The translations under genes were made by a program, and so were the position numbers. Below are positions 61,016 to 64,000 of a DNA stretch of 64,000 nt, piece after piece. Origin of the DNA: an uncultured Muribaculaceae bacterium. GTDB lineage: Bacteria; Bacteroidota; Bacteroidia; Bacteroidales; Muribaculaceae. Each line of letters opens with the position of its first letter. Position 1 is the stretch's first letter. The notes beneath the pieces were generated by a model. The model was given only the letters and a program-made list of their open reading frames with translations, had not been told where the DNA came from and made no database searches. The stretch is from contig CALUMH010000007.1 of NCBI GenBank assembly GCA_944321685.1, forward strand, positions 24,102 to 88,101, read 5' to 3'.

Positions 61016-62683
61016 TTATTTTTCAGGCTGAACAACTTTCAACCTGTCGCCCGATGAACGCACCACCGAACGATAATAATCGGGAGTATAACCGGGGAAA
61101 TCGGGGTTTTCGGGAGTTCCATAAGGATTACGCAAAAATTTGCCGTCTTTCTCCTTCTTAACGTTGCCATCAAGGAACTTGACAAACAAATATTCGCCCA
61201 ATTGCTTATATCTCAAAGTGGCATAATCGGCCGTCCGGCACGAATAGTCGGTGAGCATGGCCACAGCCTCGGCAGGCGACTGCTTGTATTTTTCGACGGC
61301 AACACGCTCAAGTTCAGGTTGCATGGCCTCATAACTGCCTTCAAGCGCATCGCGCACTGCAAAGATATCGCCTATCATCAGCGAATAGCGGTTATAAGCC
61401 TGGTTGGCCACCCAATTGTTTACCCAAAACGACGATTCCCAGTTTAGCGTGTAAAGGTCGGCAGTCGATACATCATAACTGCGCGGCACGCGTGTCATGC
61501 AGCAGTACATCGGCACGAAAACCGCCGTATTTGCATCATCCACGCCAAACCAGTGCACTCCGCCGATGGCATCGGGCAGCCACGAGCGCATTTGCGACAC
61601 AAACACGAAACCCGTCTGCTGCGTGGCCGTGGCCCGTTCTTGCGAATATTCCACACCATCCACATTAAAATCCATCGGGCGGTAACGGTAAGGAACGCCC
61701 CACCATTCGGCAGCACCGGCATCCACAGTCATGTCGAAAGGCGTACCCTCGAAGTGGTCGCGCATCATGGCTTGCATATCTCTCACCGACAATTTCCGTT
61801 CAGGCTTCACATACAGCGGCATCACCTCGGCATCTTTCTTGCCGTTGATATAAGGCAAATATTTGTCCATATCTGCCACCAAATGGTTGAAAAACGCCCA
61901 CACACGGGCATCGCAACCGCGAAGTGCCGAAAAGTCTTGCACCGAATATGCCAGGGCAAAATCGAAATCCTCATCTTTCCCGGAAAAATAACCTTTTTCC
62001 CGTGCAAACGAAATCACGTCGTCAGAGTACAGGCAATTTTCCTTGTCACCGAACGGAATGCGGTGAATGCGCGGATTGTTGGCATGGCCGGCAATGCAGT
62101 CATCGGGAATGCGCACAGCTACCCACACGGCACCCTTGTTTCCGGGGCCTTTGCCTATCATGTCCATTATCCACGCCTCATCGGGGTCGGCAATCGAGAA
62201 CGATTCTCCCGAACTATAATAGCCATACCGCTCCACGAGGTCGGTCATTGTGGCAATTGCCTCCCGGGCAGTCTTGCTGCGTTGCAAGGTTATATATATC
62301 AGGCTTCCGTAGTCGATGATACCGGTGGTATCGACAAGTTCGGGCCACCCGCCCCACGTCGATTCGGCAATTGTGAGCTGGTGTTCGTTCATATTTCCTA
62401 TCACCGAATAAGTGTGCCGAGCCTCGGGTATCTGCCCAAGCGGCTTGCCTGTATCCCACTCACGCACTTCACGCATGGCACCTTCAGGATGGTCGGCGGC
62501 AGGCAGGTGTTGCAGGAAACCATAAAGCGTATGGCTGTCGGCGGCATAAGTCACCATCGTCGAGCCATCGACAGTAGCATTCTTGCCTGCCACAAAGTTG
62601 GTGCAGGCATCGGCATAATCAACAACAGCCACGGCGACCGCCGCAGCCAAAATCTTTCCAATAAAGCTTTTATTTAATTTCAT
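61016..62683 (-). CDS. C69 family dipeptidase, exported
   Basis: Signal peptide followed by the nucleophile context ADACTNFVAGKNATVDGSTMVTYAADS. 555 aa. Confidence 0.88.
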   Translation of the reverse strand: MKLNKSFIGKILAAAVAVAVVDYADACTNFVAGKNATVDGSTMVTYAADSHTLYGFLQHLPAADHPEGAMREVREWDTGKPLGQIPEARHTYSVIGNMNEHQLTIAESTWGGWPELVDTTGIIDYGSLIYITLQRSKTAREAIATMTDLVERYGYYSSGESFSIADPDEAWIMDMIGKGPGNKGAVWVAVRIPDDCIAGHANNPRIHRIPFGDKENCLYSDDVISFAREKGYFSGKDEDFDFALAYSVQDFSALRGCDARVWAFFNHLVADMDKYLPYINGKKDAEVMPLYVKPERKLSVRDMQAMMRDHFEGTPFDMTVDAGAAEWWGVPYRYRPMDFNVDGVEYSQERATATQQTGFVFVSQMRSWLPDAIGGVHWFGVDDANTAVFVPMYCCMTRVPRSYDVSTADLYTLNWESSFWVNNWVANQAYNRYSLMIGDIFAVRDALEGSYEAMQPELERVAVEKYKQSPAEAVAMLTDYSCRTADYATLRYKQLGEYLFVKFLDGNVKKEKDGKFLRNPYGTPENPDFPGYTPDYYRSVVRSSGDRLKVVQPEK

Positions 62684-62721
62684 CTACGTAATTTTTATTA
62701 CTTTCAAAAAATACTATTCAT

Positions 62722-63372
62722 CTAAACAATATACCTGCTCTCAACAGCCAGCGACAGCACAGCCCCCGACATCACTTGCGACACCACCGTCAACGGCTCG
62801 CCGGGCAGGCAGGCGGCCTTGGCAGGACGCACCACATAGCCGCAGTTAATCACCTGCACACATTCACCTACCGAGTAATGGCCGCTAAGGCTTGCCCCGC
62901 CTTTGCCCAAAAACAGTTTGTAAAGGGCCTCTTTAGCCGTCCAGGCAAGTGTATTGCCCATAATATCGTCAGGCGGGATTGCCGCCTGCTCCTCGGCATT
63001 CAGGAAACGTTTCCTCACCCCCAACACGCGGCTGTCGCATCGTTCTATGTCGATACCTATGCGGTGCTTGTCGTTACGGGCCATGCCCACCCACCCGCGG
63101 GCATGACTTATACTTATGTGGCAACCGGCGACATCTATGGTAGGCGCACCGTCGGGAGTGTGGCCAAGCAATCTGCCTTTGCCGAATATGCGATGCACAA
63201 GCAATGCCTCGGCAAGTTTCTCGCCAAGACGCTGCTTGCAACACTTAGCATCGGCAGGCAACGGCAATTCAAGACGACGGCAACTTTCCATGAGTTCCTC
63301 GACTGTCTCGGTCAGCCACCACAAATGCAGGGCTGTTCCATCGGGGTAATGTACGGTATCAAGCAACGGCAT
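62722..63372 (-). CDS. 4'-phosphopantetheinyl transferase superfamily protein
   Basis: ISISHARGWVGMA, IGIDIE and WTAKEALYK motifs. Confidence 0.85.
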   Translation of the reverse strand: MPLLDTVHYPDGTALHLWWLTETVEELMESCRRLELPLPADAKCCKQRLGEKLAEALLVHRIFGKGRLLGHTPDGAPTIDVAGCHISISHARGWVGMARNDKHRIGIDIERCDSRVLGVRKRFLNAEEQAAIPPDDIMGNTLAWTAKEALYKLFLGKGGASLSGHYSVGECVQVINCGYVVRPAKAACLPGEPLTVVSQVMSGAVLSLAVESRYIV

Positions 63373-63399
63373 AACACAGCTCGAAGATTATTCATTTGT

Positions 63400-63407
63400 C
63401 AAACTTA
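63400..63407 (-). promoter_or_regulatory. -7 promoter box (TAAGTTTG) for the PPTase gene
   Basis: Plus strand reads caaactta, 28 nt upstream of ATG 63372. Confidence 0.45.
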
Positions 63408-63730
63408 CGCAAAAATTTGTGATTTTCACGCATCATGCCGCACAATTCGCGTTTTTTCACTATTTTTGCAATGCGAGAAAGTACATTTGTTGTGCTTTCG
63501 GGGAGATTACACTACCATCAGGCAATTCGCCGCACATACCATGCGGTGAAAGTAGTGGGACGGCTCTTCTCTCCTTACAAAAATCACATCTCTGCGTCCC
63601 GTCTTGCAGAATATCAAAAACAGGTTGCCGTGGGTTGCCAAGCAACAACCCATGCAAATGTTATATGCAAGACAAAGAGCCATGGGACTACCCTCACAAA
63701 AAACACATAACTCATTTCCGGCTGTTGGGA

Positions 63731-63859
63731 GTGTGTCAAAATGCAATTTTGCATCTCTACAGCTGTCACATCATATAAAACATTGCAAATCAACCATTAC
63801 CGTTGTAGAGACGATGTGCCATCATCTCTACAACTTCATTGTCGGAATTATGATACACC
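63731..63859. repeat. REP/MITE-like hairpin repeat (copy D) with inverted ends
   Basis: The left end is gtgtgtcaaaat... The right end is ...ggaattatgatacacc, whose reverse complement is ggtgtatcataatt. Internal hairpin gagacgatg-tgc-catcatctc. Close match to copy C. Confidence 0.8.
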
Positions 63860-64000
63860 TACGGGAATACCATGCACCAGCCACATTTCACCACATAAAC
63901 CAACGCCCACGATAACATACCCCACGGAAAAAAGCATCACAAGTATAGCTCTTAGGGAAAAAATAGATGCGTCTGACATAATTATCGAATGAGTGAATTA

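Noticed and set aside
63419-63778. 119-aa and 91-aa plus-strand ORFs upstream of repeat copy D.
   Set aside because: They are rich in Cys and His with odd composition, they overlap each other in different frames, and one runs into the repeat element. No motif is recognised.

Overview
This window looks like a Bacteroidales (phylum Bacteroidota) chromosomal segment, and it is mostly core housekeeping. The taxon call rests on four things: a PorV-type T9SS channel, a T9SS type-B C-terminal sorting domain, an LruC-domain protein, and many TAnnTTTG (-7) promoter boxes about 20-40 nt upstream of start codons with no obvious Shine-Dalgarno sites.

I support about 58 protein genes and two tRNA-Ser genes:
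- Purine and nucleotide metabolism: purA, purC, purE, hpt, adk.
- MEP isoprenoid pathway: ispF, dxs, ispG.
- Lysine branch: lysC, lysA, dapA.
- K+ uptake: trkA, trkH.
- Other housekeeping: rplU-rpmA, rpe, rex, maeB, trmD, trxA, phoH, ubiE, pfkA, mltG, gyrB, rpoN.

I found no CRISPR array, rRNA, transposase, integrase or recognisable defence system. Most of the long ORFs in the six-frame track are antisense shadows of the real genes.

The non-ordinary content is small-scale:
1. A hairpin-rich REP/MITE-like repeat family at four or more intergenic loci (about 14.6, 29.1, 39.0 and 63.8 kb).
2. A GC-rich 236-bp element bounded by a 32-bp inverted repeat, followed by tandem 16-mers, next to tRNA-Ser(GCU).
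3. A TPR/AraC-type membrane regulator carrying an in-frame TAA and an apparent N-terminal frameshift. Downstream of it are two 18-bp direct repeats at 21-bp spacing, a promoter box, and a short terminated transcript with no real ORF.
4. A very AT-rich 1.3-kb islet encoding an XRE regulator divergent from three small exported or membrane proteins.
5. Two tandem paralogous lipocalin-like lipoproteins that share a conserved 25-nt motif just upstream of their start codons.

All function calls come from reading the translated motifs by eye; no database search was run.
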